From an uncultured Acidobacteriota bacterium (GTDB lineage Bacteria; Acidobacteriota; Thermoanaerobaculia; UBA5066), in assembly GCA_963779415.1 (NCBI GenBank), contig CAVZYA010000002.1, positions 352,001 through 416,000 of the forward strand: 64,000 nt of DNA, read 5' to 3'. The first letter of the stretch is position 1, and every line of letters starts with the position of its first letter. The position numbers were made by a program, and so were the translations under genes. Below are positions 10,063 to 17,625 of the stretch, piece by piece. The notes beneath the pieces are model-generated. The model did not search any database. It was not told where the DNA came from and saw only the letters and a program-made list of their open reading frames with translations.

Positions 10063-10419
10063 TTAGTTCCCTTCCGCGAAGAGCCACGAAAGGACGGTCG
10101 AGACGATCGAGACGAGAAGGGCTCCGAGGAACGCCGCCAGAAAGCCGTCCACCCGGAAGTCGATCCCCAGCTTCGCCCCGAACCACGCCGTCAGGAGGAG
10201 CATGACGGCGTTCACGACGAGGGTGAAGAGGCCGAGCGTCAGGAGAATGATCGGACAGCTCACGAGCTTCAGGAACGGCCGGATCAGCGCGTTGAGGACG
10301 CCGAAAACGACCGCGATCGCGAGGATCGAGCCGATTCCCCCCGCTTCGATCCCCGGAACGAGCCGGGCCGCCACCCAGAGGGCCGCTGCGTTGACGAGAA
10401 TGCGGACGATGAAATTCAT
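10063..10419 (-). CDS. YvlD / phage holin-like 4TM membrane protein (DUF360)
   Basis: LNALIRPFLKLVSCPIILLTLGLFTLVVNA; likely start MNFIVRIL at 10419. Confidence 0.88.
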   Translation of the reverse strand: MNFIVRILVNAAALWVAARLVPGIEAGGIGSILAIAVVFGVLNALIRPFLKLVSCPIILLTLGLFTLVVNAVMLLLTAWFGAKLGIDFRVDGFLAAFLGALLVSIVSTVLSWLFAEGN

Positions 10420-10462
10420 GGTGGCCGGCATTGTAGAGGAGCGCCCACCGTAGAATGCTCCG

Positions 10463-10891
10463 GTGCCGGACCGGAAGTACCGTCAGAAGGGATATCAGGA
10501 CAACGCGCCGCACGCGCGGCGCAGCGACGCTTTCTCCGACGCCGGAAAGCGTCTCGAGGGGGCACCGAAAGGACGGGGCGCCGAGCGGAACCGCGACGAG
10601 GTCTTCCGCTGCAAGCTCTGCGGCGAGAAGAATGACTCCGAGGTGGCCGCCGCCTCCCTTTGCCGGAAGTGCCGGGCCCCCCTTCATGCCTGCAACCAAT
10701 GTCGTTTCTTCGACGGAGCGGCTCGCTGGCAATGCCGGGCCGAAATCCCCGCTCCGGTCGCCGCCAAGTCCAAGGCGAACGACTGCACGTTCTACGCCCC
10801 CGTCGTCACGCTTGACCTGACCGGCACGAAGTCCTCCGAGTCGCCGGACCAGGCCCGCGCAGCGTTCGACAAGCTCTTCGGGAAGCGTTAG
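10463..10891 (+). CDS. Cys-rich hypothetical (probable Zn-binding) protein
   Basis: CKLC, CRKC, HACNQC, C...ANDCTFY; TAGAAT 6 nt before the GTG. Confidence 0.7.
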   Translation: MPDRKYRQKGYQDNAPHARRSDAFSDAGKRLEGAPKGRGAERNRDEVFRCKLCGEKNDSEVAAASLCRKCRAPLHACNQCRFFDGAARWQCRAEIPAPVAAKSKANDCTFYAPVVTLDLTGTKSSESPDQARAAFDKLFGKR

Positions 10892-10899
10892 GAGGGGGT

Positions 10900-10922
10900 C
10901 CGGGGGAACACCGTTCCCCCGG
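10900..10922. terminator. Hairpin between convergent genes
   Basis: CCGGGGGAAC-acc-GTTCCCCCGG, perfect 10-bp stem; no U tract. Confidence 0.5.
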
Positions 10923-10931
10923 CATCGGGGT

Positions 10932-11336
10932 TCAGGACCGGAGAGCTTCCACGATGCGACGGAGTGCGGCACCAACCTCGGCGCCGATGGGCGCGAGCGC
11001 GGGCTTCCCGACGACGGCCATGACGCTCTCCGGGTTCATCGCGCGGACGATGGTCTTTCCCCCCTCCACCGAGATCGTCACGTTGCAGGGGAGGAGGACC
11101 CCCGCCTCCGGGGCCGCCGAGAGGGCCTTGTGGGCCGACGACGGATGGCAGGCCCCGAGAATCAGGTACGGCGCGACGTCCACGTCCAGCTTCTTCTTGA
11201 ACGTCGCTTTGACGTCGATCTCCGTGATGACGCCGAAGCCCTCGGCGGCGAGAAGTTCCCGGGCGCGAGCGACGGCGTTCTCGAAGGAACGGGACGAGAC
11301 GGTTTCATACGCGACCGGGGAGGTGGAGACGCTCAT
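10932..11336 (-). CDS. DUF302 family protein
   Basis: EGFGVITEIDVKATFKKKL, YLILGACHP, GVLLPCNV; start MSVSTSP at 11336. Confidence 0.92.
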   Translation of the reverse strand: MSVSTSPVAYETVSSRSFENAVARARELLAAEGFGVITEIDVKATFKKKLDVDVAPYLILGACHPSSAHKALSAAPEAGVLLPCNVTISVEGGKTIVRAMNPESVMAVVGKPALAPIGAEVGAALRRIVEALRS

Positions 11337-11539
11337 CGGGGCTCCATCGGCGTCACGCTCTTTTCCGGGCCGCCTCCGGATGCCTCCTCCCTCTTCTCTC
11401 CCGTCCCTCCGCAGCCTCCCCGGCCCCCGGCCGGGTTCGGCACGGCTCACGTCGGGACGCCGAAGCGCGGAAGGACGACCGTCTGGAGCAGCCACCAGCC
11501 GGCGAGGAAGAGGGCGAAGCCGAGGAGATCTCCCGACAT
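11333..11539 (-). CDS. Candidate small membrane selenoprotein (68 aa, UGA at codon 31); otherwise a 30-aa membrane peptide
   Basis: MSGDLLGFALFLAGWWLLQTVVLPRFGVPT-U-AVPNPAGGRGGCGG...MEPR. Internal TGA at 11449-11447; final TGA (11335-11333) overlaps the DUF302 ATG. Confidence 0.55.
11409..11445 (-). promoter_or_regulatory. Bacterial SECIS-like hairpin
   Basis: CCGUGCC-GAA-CCCGGCC-GGG-GGCCGGG-GA-GGCUGCGG starts 1 nt after the UGA; the G-rich apical loop begins 18 nt after the UGA. Confidence 0.5.
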
Positions 11540-11698
11540 CGCCCTGACTGTCGCTCTTTAGCTGCGAAGAGTCAATGAAGTCCGGAGGGGGCGCGGAAGG
11601 GTACAGGGGGACGACGCGAGAGCGTCGTCGCCACCGGGTTCCCCGGCGGAACGATCTCGAACAAGCGAAAGCTCATTCGGAAGGCTCTCGGAAGCTGC

Positions 11699-12135
11699 GT
11701 GAACAGGTCGGCGAAAGCGATCGTAATGGGCATCCTCGAGCGCGGCGGGCGGGTCCGGACGAAGGTCGTTCCGGGCGCTACTGGGCCGACGCTCAGGGGC
11801 GAGTCCGAGCGGATCTCCAGCCTGTCGTGACGACCTACACGGATGCCCTGCCCTCCTATCGTGGGCTCGAATAGATGCTCCTTCACGACACCGTGAACCA
11901 CCTAGAACCCTACGTCCGTGGGCGGGTTCATACTCAGGGAATCGAGAATTTCTGGAGCGCTTGAAGCGGGTCCGGAAGGGAACCTTCGTCAACGCGGTGC
12001 CCGCGCACGTTGGCGCTTATGTGGACGAGCAGGCGTTCCGGTTCTACGAGCGTGAGAAGAATGATGTCGGGCGACACGCGGTGGGGCGGCGGCCATTGGC
12101 CGGAAGCGGCTCACGTACAAACAGCTCATTGCGGA
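11699..12135 (+). pseudogene. Degenerate IS1595-family (ISXO2-type DDE) transposase
   Basis: Across shifting frames: KAIVMGILERGGRVRTKVVP, YTDALPSYRGLE*, VNH..YVRGRVHTQGIENFWS, LKR..KGTFV, YVDEQAFRF, KRLTYKQLI. Stop at 11872-11874, at least two frameshifts, N-terminus missing. Confidence 0.85.
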
Positions 12136-12144
12136 GAGGCCAGC

Positions 12145-12324
12145 GTGGTAAGCGTCACCGGCAGAATCGCGGGAAGCGAAAGAAGACAGCCACCTCGAAG
12201 CGAGACGTCACCAAGGTTCGACACGCTTGAGGCCCGGACGAAGAAGATCCTGAGGGTGCCGAAGACGGGCGTCATCAAACTAGACGAGAAGAGATGGGCG
12301 AAAGAGCAAAGGAGACGTCGATGA
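12145..12324 (+). CDS. Small basic ORF following the transposase remnant
   Basis: ...RFDTLEARTKKILRVPKTGVIKLDEKRWAKEQRRRR; stop overlaps the next ATG (ATGA at 12321). Start uncertain. Confidence 0.4.
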   Translation: MVSVTGRIAGSERRQPPRSETSPRFDTLEARTKKILRVPKTGVIKLDEKRWAKEQRRRR

Positions 12325-12845
12325 GCGCAGAGACCGTCCTCTCCGATTATGAGTTAGCTCGCTGTATGGCCGGAATCGAGGCGGTAGATCGGCTCGGGAA
12401 GCCAGTTTTCGAAATAGGGGGAAAACTGCTGAAGAGTCGCGTCGAGGCAGTGCATCTCCGCCGTGAACTCAGATGTCTGGCGAATGGAAGCCATCTTCGA
12501 AGTTACGTCCTTATTGACGATGATGGATGGGCTCGTTTCGGTTTCTTCCGAGAAGCTTGGGTGAAGAATGCGTTGCGCTTTCTGGAAGAAGAGGGCGGCA
12601 GCCTGAAGGAGCGAGACCTCGCGTGGATACAGGGGCTCCTCTTCGGTTACCGCCCCGAGAGTATTAGGAACTACCTACGTGCTAGTTCTGCGTCTGCCGA
12701 ACCAGCACCCAGGTTACGGCGAAACGGCAACGCCGTTTGCACGGCGGAAACGTCTCGCCGCGCGAGAGAGCGATCTGCTCGTTGCAGCATGCCGCCAAGT
12801 AGATTCCGCTCTGCGCACACTTCTGACCAGTCGTTCCGGACATAA
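12321..12845 (+). CDS. Hypothetical IS cargo protein
   Basis: GGAG before the ATG at 12321; globular-looking up to WIQGLLFGYRPESIRNYL; the tail overlaps an antisense gene. Confidence 0.6.
   Translation: MSAETVLSDYELARCMAGIEAVDRLGKPVFEIGGKLLKSRVEAVHLRRELRCLANGSHLRSYVLIDDDGWARFGFFREAWVKNALRFLEEEGGSLKERDLAWIQGLLFGYRPESIRNYLRASSASAEPAPRLRRNGNAVCTAETSRRARERSARCSMPPSRFRSAHTSDQSFRT
12682..12843 (-). CDS. YjzC-like small Zn-ribbon protein (53 aa, not in the ORF track)
   Basis: MSGTTGQKCAQSGIYLAACCNEQIALSRGETFPPCKRRCRFAVTWVLVRQTQN; SD-like GAGGGA just upstream. Confidence 0.7.
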   Translation of the reverse strand: MSGTTGQKCAQSGIYLAACCNEQIALSRGETFPPCKRRCRFAVTWVLVRQTQN

Positions 12846-13150
12846 ATCCCTCATTGCTCCAAACGGAGCTTAAGAAAGTGGGATCGCCCTTGCGGATCGG
12901 GTCACGATGCCGTACTGTACGGCTTGCTCAATAACGTGCCCTAGAGGCGGGCGACCCCGCCCTGCCCCCGAGCCGTGACCCTTTCTGGAGGGTTCACGGC
13001 TCGTCCTTTCTACTGATAGTCGCGCCTTGGTGGCGCTCTGATTCGGGTCACCTCTTCATTCCCACCTCCGTTTCATGGACCCTCGGGGAGACGATCCCCG
13101 CGGATCGGGATCCAGAATCCCGTCCCGGCCACCACGGCAAGGCCCCCTGC

Positions 13151-13543
13151 TCAGCCGACAAGCGATGCCTGCACTTCGGGTTCTCGCGCAACGGCGAGGC
13201 GGTATCGACCCCGTCGCACCTTCTTTAGGATCTTCTTGTCGGTCAGACGAAACACTGTCGAGCGGAAAGAACGAAGGTTGCCGGCTCCGATCTTCTTGGC
13301 CAGATCCTTCGCCGACATCTCGCCTCGGGGTTCTCCGGCGAGAGTCCTAAGAATCCTATCGGCTACGCTGCCTTCCTTCACGGCGAATTGCGGCGGCTCA
13401 TTATGGGGCTCCGCCGCGGGAGAGGGATGTTCGCTGCCGCCGACCAGCCTATTAAGCTCTTCCTCAGCCTTTCGGAGTGCCTGGCGGAGTCTGATCACCT
13501 CGGCTCCCAGGGCCACGGCGCATTCGGCCTTCGAGTTCAGCAT
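13151..13543 (-). CDS. Coiled-coil plus winged-helix DNA-binding-like protein
   Basis: N-terminal IRLRQALRKAEEELNRL; C-terminal MSAKDLAKKIG..NLRSFRSTVFRLTDKKILKKVRRGRYRL. Confidence 0.6.
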   Translation of the reverse strand: MLNSKAECAVALGAEVIRLRQALRKAEEELNRLVGGSEHPSPAAEPHNEPPQFAVKEGSVADRILRTLAGEPRGEMSAKDLAKKIGAGNLRSFRSTVFRLTDKKILKKVRRGRYRLAVAREPEVQASLVG

Positions 13544-13643
13544 GGAGGATTAAGTACCACGAAGGCATCACGGAAGTCAACACGCCGTAAGAAAGGCGTG
13601 CCTCCCTTGGCCGGAACTTTCGTGGAGCATCCGGCGGAGCATC

Positions 13644-13850
13644 TCAGCTGGGCATTTCCGCCCAGTGGCTCACGTGGAGAAGAACGATCTGGGAGGGTTG
13701 TCCCTTCACGACTTCTCTGAATTTCTTGTCCGCGCCGAAGATCGCGAAGGCGGCTCGCTGCTCAGGTTCAAGAACAAAGACCACTACCTGTTCGTCCGAC
13801 TCCGGCTTGGTCGCCGGAAAGGGATTCCAGTTTGACGGCTGTGTCTTCAT
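13644..13850 (-). CDS. Small DUF551-like (phage-type) protein
   Basis: GGAGG SD; NWNPFPATKPESDEQVVVF...VSHWAEMP pattern. Confidence 0.5.
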   Translation of the reverse strand: MKTQPSNWNPFPATKPESDEQVVVFVLEPEQRAAFAIFGADKKFREVVKGQPSQIVLLHVSHWAEMPS

Positions 13851-13931
13851 TTCGCAGGTCCTCCCGGAAACGTATTCGAGAGCATCGACCGGTTAGTCAA
13901 GAATGTTGATGCTGGGTTCCCCGGATCCATT

Positions 13932-16820
13932 TCAACTGCAGCCCCACGTCGCGCCGCAGTTGAGGCACTTGTAGCAGGCGGCGCTCCGGACCATGAGGCT
14001 CCCGCACTCGTGGCAGCTCGGCGCGTCCGCGCTGTTCTCGAAGGTGGCCGTGGGACGAACCGGGACCTCCGCGGCGGCCGCGAAACCGATGGCGCGCGGC
14101 TCCGGCGCCTCGGCCTTCGGCAGGGCGGCGACGGCTCCGGGCCCGGCCACGGCGGTCGCCGCGGCTCCGGCCGCGGCATGCGGGCCGTTCTCGTCGGCGC
14201 GGGCCGGTGCGCCGGACACCTCGCGCGCGACGACGCCCGCCCGCTCCTTCAGGTCCGCCGAGAGAAACTTCGAGGCGAGCCAGCGGAAGATGTAGTCGAT
14301 GAGGCTCTTGGCGATCGGGATCTCCGGGTTCTTCGTGTATCCGGCCGGCTCGAAGCGCATGTGGCTGAACTTCTCGACGAGCGCCTCGAGCGGGACGCCG
14401 TACTGGAGCGTCAGCGAAATTGCGGTCGCGAAGCCGTCCATGAGCCCCGAGATCGTCGAGCCTTCCTTGGCCATCGTCAGGAAGATCTCGCCCGGCGTCC
14501 CGTCCTCGTAGAGCCCGACGGTGATGTACCCCTCGTGCCCGGCGACGGAGAACTTGTGCGTGATGGCGCGCCGCTCGTCCGGAAGCTTCCGCCGGCGGGG
14601 GGTGGTCGGGGCCGGCGCGGCCGGCGCCGGAGCGGCAGCGGCTCCCTTCCTCCCCTTCACGGCGTCGTCGCTCTTCGAGGCCGCCGTGTTGAGCGGCTGG
14701 GTCCGCTTGCAGCCGTCGCGGTAGATCGCGATCGCCTTGAGACCCAGCTTCCACCCTTCGCGGTAGACGTTCTCGATCTCCTCGACCGTCGCGTCGTGCG
14801 GGAGGTTCACCGTCTTCGAGATCGCGCCCGAAAGGAACGGCTGGACCGCCGCCATCATCCGGACGTGTCCCATCGGCGCGATGGAGCGCGTGCCGCCGAC
14901 CGCCCGGAAGGCGCAGTCGAAGACAGGAAGGTGCTCGCTCTTCAGCCCCGGCGCTCCCTCGATCGTCCCCTTCTCGTCGATCCACCGGACGATCGTGTTC
15001 GCCTCCGCCTCGCTGTAGCCGAGGCGCAGGAGCGCGTGCGGCACCGTGTTGTTGACGATCTTGATCGTCCCGCCCCCGACGAGCTTCTTGTACTTCACGA
15101 GGGCGAGGTCGGGCTCCACGCCCGTCGTGTCGCAGTCCATCATGAAGCCGATCGTCCCCGTCGGCGCGAGGACCGTCGCCTGGGCGTTGCGGTAGCCGTG
15201 CTGCCGCCCCGACTCGAGCGTCAGGTCCCACACCGCCCGCTGCGCCTCGAAGAGGTCCTTCGGTACGCCGCCGCGGGAGACGCGGTAGGCCGCGTCCCGG
15301 TGCATCCCGATCACCTCGAGGAAGGGATCGCGGTTGGGCGCGTAGAACGCGAAGGGGCCCAGCTCGGCGGCCAGCTTGGCGGAGGTGAGGAACGCCTGCC
15401 CGTGCATCAGGCTCGTGACCGCGGCCGCGTAATGCCGCCCCTCGTCGCCGTCGTAGGGGAGCCCGTTGTACATCAGGAGCGCCCCGAGGTTCGCGTAGCC
15501 GAGGCCGATCGGACGGAAGTCGTGGGAGTTCTTCTCGATGGCCGGCGTCGGGTAGGAGGCCTCGTCCACGAGAATCTCCTGGGCGGTAAAGACGACGTCC
15601 ACGGCGTGCCGGAACTTCTCGATCTCGAGGCCGCCGTCCTCCCGCGCGAACTTCATCAGGTTCAGCGAGGCGAGGTTGCAGGCCGAGTCATCGATGAACA
15701 TGTACTCGGAGCAGGGGTTCGAGGCGTTGATCCGGTGCGTCGCCTTGCAGGGATTCCAGTGGTTGACCGTCGTGTCGTACTGCATCCCCGGGTCGCCGCA
15801 GATCCATGCGGCCTCGGACATCTTCTTGAAGAGGGTCCGGGCGTCGAACGTCCCGAGGGGCTCGCCGGTCGTCACGGCGTGCGTCACGTGCACTCCCCCC
15901 GTTTCGACGGCCTGCATGAAGGCGTCCGTCACGCGAACGGAGTGATTCGCGTTCTGGAAGCCGAGCTGGTTGTAGACCTCGCCGCCGAAGGAGCCGTCCC
16001 AGCCCGCCTCGATGAGGTCCCAGGCCTTTCGTTCCTCCTTCGCCTTGCAGTCGATGAACTCCTCGATGTCCGGGTGGTCCACGTTCAGGATGACCATCTT
16101 CGCGGCCCGCCGCGTCTTCCCGCCCGACTTGATCGCTCCGGCGAAGCTGTCGAATCCCTTCATGAACGAGACCGGCCCGGAGGCGATCCCGCCCGAGGAG
16201 AGCGATTCGGTCGAGGAGCGGAGCGAGGAGAGGTTCGATCCGGTCCCCGATCCGAACTTGAAGAGCATCCCCTCCGTCTTCGCGAGGTCGAGAATGGAGC
16301 CCATCGAGTCCCCGACGGCGTTGATGAAGCAGGCGGAGGCCTGCGGCTTCGCCTCGACGCCGACGTTGAACCAGACGGGGGAGTTGAAGCTCGCGGCCTG
16401 GTTGACGAGCAGGTACGTCAGCTCGTCGGAAAAGACGTCGCGGTCGGCGGCGGTCCGGAAGGTGCCGTTCTTCCAGCCCCAGCCGGTGATCGCGTTGACG
16501 ACGCGCGACACGAGCTGCCGGACCGAGCGTTCGCGCTGCGGCGTCCCGGCCTTTCCGTGAAAATACTTCTGCGCGACGATGTTCGTCGCCGTCATCGACC
16601 ACGACTTCGGGACCTCGACGTCCTTCTGCTCGAAGAAGACCTCGCCTTTCTCGTTCGTGATCGCGGCTGTCCGGAGCTCCCACTCCACCGCTTCGAACGG
16701 CGGGGTGACGCCGTCCGTGTAGAGGCGCCGGAAGGTGAGGCCCGAAAGGCCCGATCCTGCGGCAGCAGCCGCTCTTGCCTTCGTCTCCCCGACCGTCGTC
16801 TCTTTTTCGCGTGCGCTCAT
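13932..16820 (-). CDS. nrdJ: Adenosylcobalamin-dependent class II ribonucleotide reductase with C-terminal TSCPD and Zn-ribbon
   Basis: FNSPVWFN, QASACFI, IKSGGKTRRAAKM, ASNPCSEYMF, ACNLASLNL, APTGTI, SGAISKTVN, C-terminal CHECG...CLNCGATWGCS; start MSAREK at 16820. Confidence 0.96.
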   Translation of the reverse strand: MSAREKETTVGETKARAAAAAGSGLSGLTFRRLYTDGVTPPFEAVEWELRTAAITNEKGEVFFEQKDVEVPKSWSMTATNIVAQKYFHGKAGTPQRERSVRQLVSRVVNAITGWGWKNGTFRTAADRDVFSDELTYLLVNQAASFNSPVWFNVGVEAKPQASACFINAVGDSMGSILDLAKTEGMLFKFGSGTGSNLSSLRSSTESLSSGGIASGPVSFMKGFDSFAGAIKSGGKTRRAAKMVILNVDHPDIEEFIDCKAKEERKAWDLIEAGWDGSFGGEVYNQLGFQNANHSVRVTDAFMQAVETGGVHVTHAVTTGEPLGTFDARTLFKKMSEAAWICGDPGMQYDTTVNHWNPCKATHRINASNPCSEYMFIDDSACNLASLNLMKFAREDGGLEIEKFRHAVDVVFTAQEILVDEASYPTPAIEKNSHDFRPIGLGYANLGALLMYNGLPYDGDEGRHYAAAVTSLMHGQAFLTSAKLAAELGPFAFYAPNRDPFLEVIGMHRDAAYRVSRGGVPKDLFEAQRAVWDLTLESGRQHGYRNAQATVLAPTGTIGFMMDCDTTGVEPDLALVKYKKLVGGGTIKIVNNTVPHALLRLGYSEAEANTIVRWIDEKGTIEGAPGLKSEHLPVFDCAFRAVGGTRSIAPMGHVRMMAAVQPFLSGAISKTVNLPHDATVEEIENVYREGWKLGLKAIAIYRDGCKRTQPLNTAASKSDDAVKGRKGAAAAPAPAAPAPTTPRRRKLPDERRAITHKFSVAGHEGYITVGLYEDGTPGEIFLTMAKEGSTISGLMDGFATAISLTLQYGVPLEALVEKFSHMRFEPAGYTKNPEIPIAKSLIDYIFRWLASKFLSADLKERAGVVAREVSGAPARADENGPHAAAGAAATAVAGPGAVAALPKAEAPEPRAIGFAAAAEVPVRPTATFENSADAPSCHECGSLMVRSAACYKCLNCGATWGCS

Positions 16821-16937
16821 GCCGAAACCCCCACCGCTTCGCCCGTGAAGGCGACTTCCCGCACCGTATCGGGGAGTCGGGGGATCCCCGTTCCCCTCGG
16901 GATTTATCGCGTCAGCCGGATTTAGCGGACGTTTCTC

Positions 16938-16966
16938 AAGGTAGTCCCGCGATTCGGGATTTTCAA
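16938..16966 (-). promoter_or_regulatory. Sigma70-type promoter of nrdJ
   Basis: TTGAAA-N17-TACCTT on the minus strand. Confidence 0.6.
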
Positions 16967-16973
16967 GGGGAAA

Positions 16974-17020
16974 ATACAATCCATAGTGTGCTTGTAACCT
17001 GGAGGCACTAGATCCTGTGG
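16974..17020. promoter_or_regulatory. Tandem NrdR boxes
   Basis: Minus strand ACACTATGGATTGTAT (16974-16989) and CCACAGGATCTAGTGC (17005-17020), 31 bp apart, resembling the acaCwAtATaTwGtg consensus and adjacent to the -35. Confidence 0.75.
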
Positions 17021-17130
17021 CCCGAAGGATGCTTCCGCGGTTCTGGAACGACTCCCATCCGATTGACAGGGACGAGCGGATACATTGAAGATGTTCGGAC
17101 GGGCGGGGAGTCCGTCCTGGGAGGTTGTCG

Positions 17131-17502
17131 ATGTCGTCCACGCTCACCGAGAACAGTTCTGCTGCGCCTGAGGGCGATTTCGTCCTCACCCTGACCGACC
17201 GGGCCGTCGACAAGGTGAAGGACTTTGCGGCCAAGATGCCCGATGCCGCCGGCAAGGCGCTCCGCGTCTTCATCCAGGGAGGGGGCTGTTCCGGCTTCCA
17301 GTACGGCTTCACGTTCGACGACAAGCGCCCGACGGATCACGTCCTTTCGGTCCGGGACGTCGAGGTCGTCGTCGATCCGGCGAGCGCCGCCAAGCTCCAC
17401 GGTGCGACGGTCGACTTCGTCGAGGACTTCCGGGGCGCGGGATTCTCCGTCGAGAACCCGAACGCCTCGCACGGCTGCGGCTGCGGCAAGTCCTTCAGCT
17501 GA
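17131..17502 (+). CDS. A-type Fe-S carrier (HesB/IscA/ErpA family)
   Basis: GGGCSGFQYG, ENPNA..GCGCGKSF; GGAGG SD. Confidence 0.95.
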   Translation: MSSTLTENSSAAPEGDFVLTLTDRAVDKVKDFAAKMPDAAGKALRVFIQGGGCSGFQYGFTFDDKRPTDHVLSVRDVEVVVDPASAAKLHGATVDFVEDFRGAGFSVENPNASHGCGCGKSFS

Positions 17503-17508
17503 AATGTT

Positions 17509-17539
17509 CCGGGAGAACCCGGACGTCGGGTTCTCCCGG
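17509..17539 (+). terminator. Hairpin downstream of the Fe-S carrier gene
   Basis: CCGGGAGAACCCG-gacgt-CGGGTTCTCCCGG, 13-bp perfect stem; no U tract. Confidence 0.55.
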
Positions 17540-17625
17540 CCCACTCCGCACGAATCGCGGTCTACTCCGGGCGGCCCGATGCGGCCGCCCGAATCTTCTG
17601 ACTCACCGTCTATAGTTCGCACCGC

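Larger units (their letters stand above)
11570..13920. mobile_element. Decayed IS1595-like element with passenger genes (boundaries approximate)
   Basis: Lower GC than the flanks; transposase remnant followed by several small atypical ORFs, between the DUF302 operon and nrdJ. Confidence 0.6.

Noticed and set aside
10063-10419. Holin-family gene as evidence of a prophage
   Set aside because: The YvlD/DUF360 family is common on chromosomes, and no phage structural genes are nearby.
16821-17324. N-terminal extension of NrdJ to 1130 aa, or an intein
   Set aside because: The extension overlaps the promoter, NrdR boxes and the opposite-strand Fe-S gene. No intein motifs were seen.
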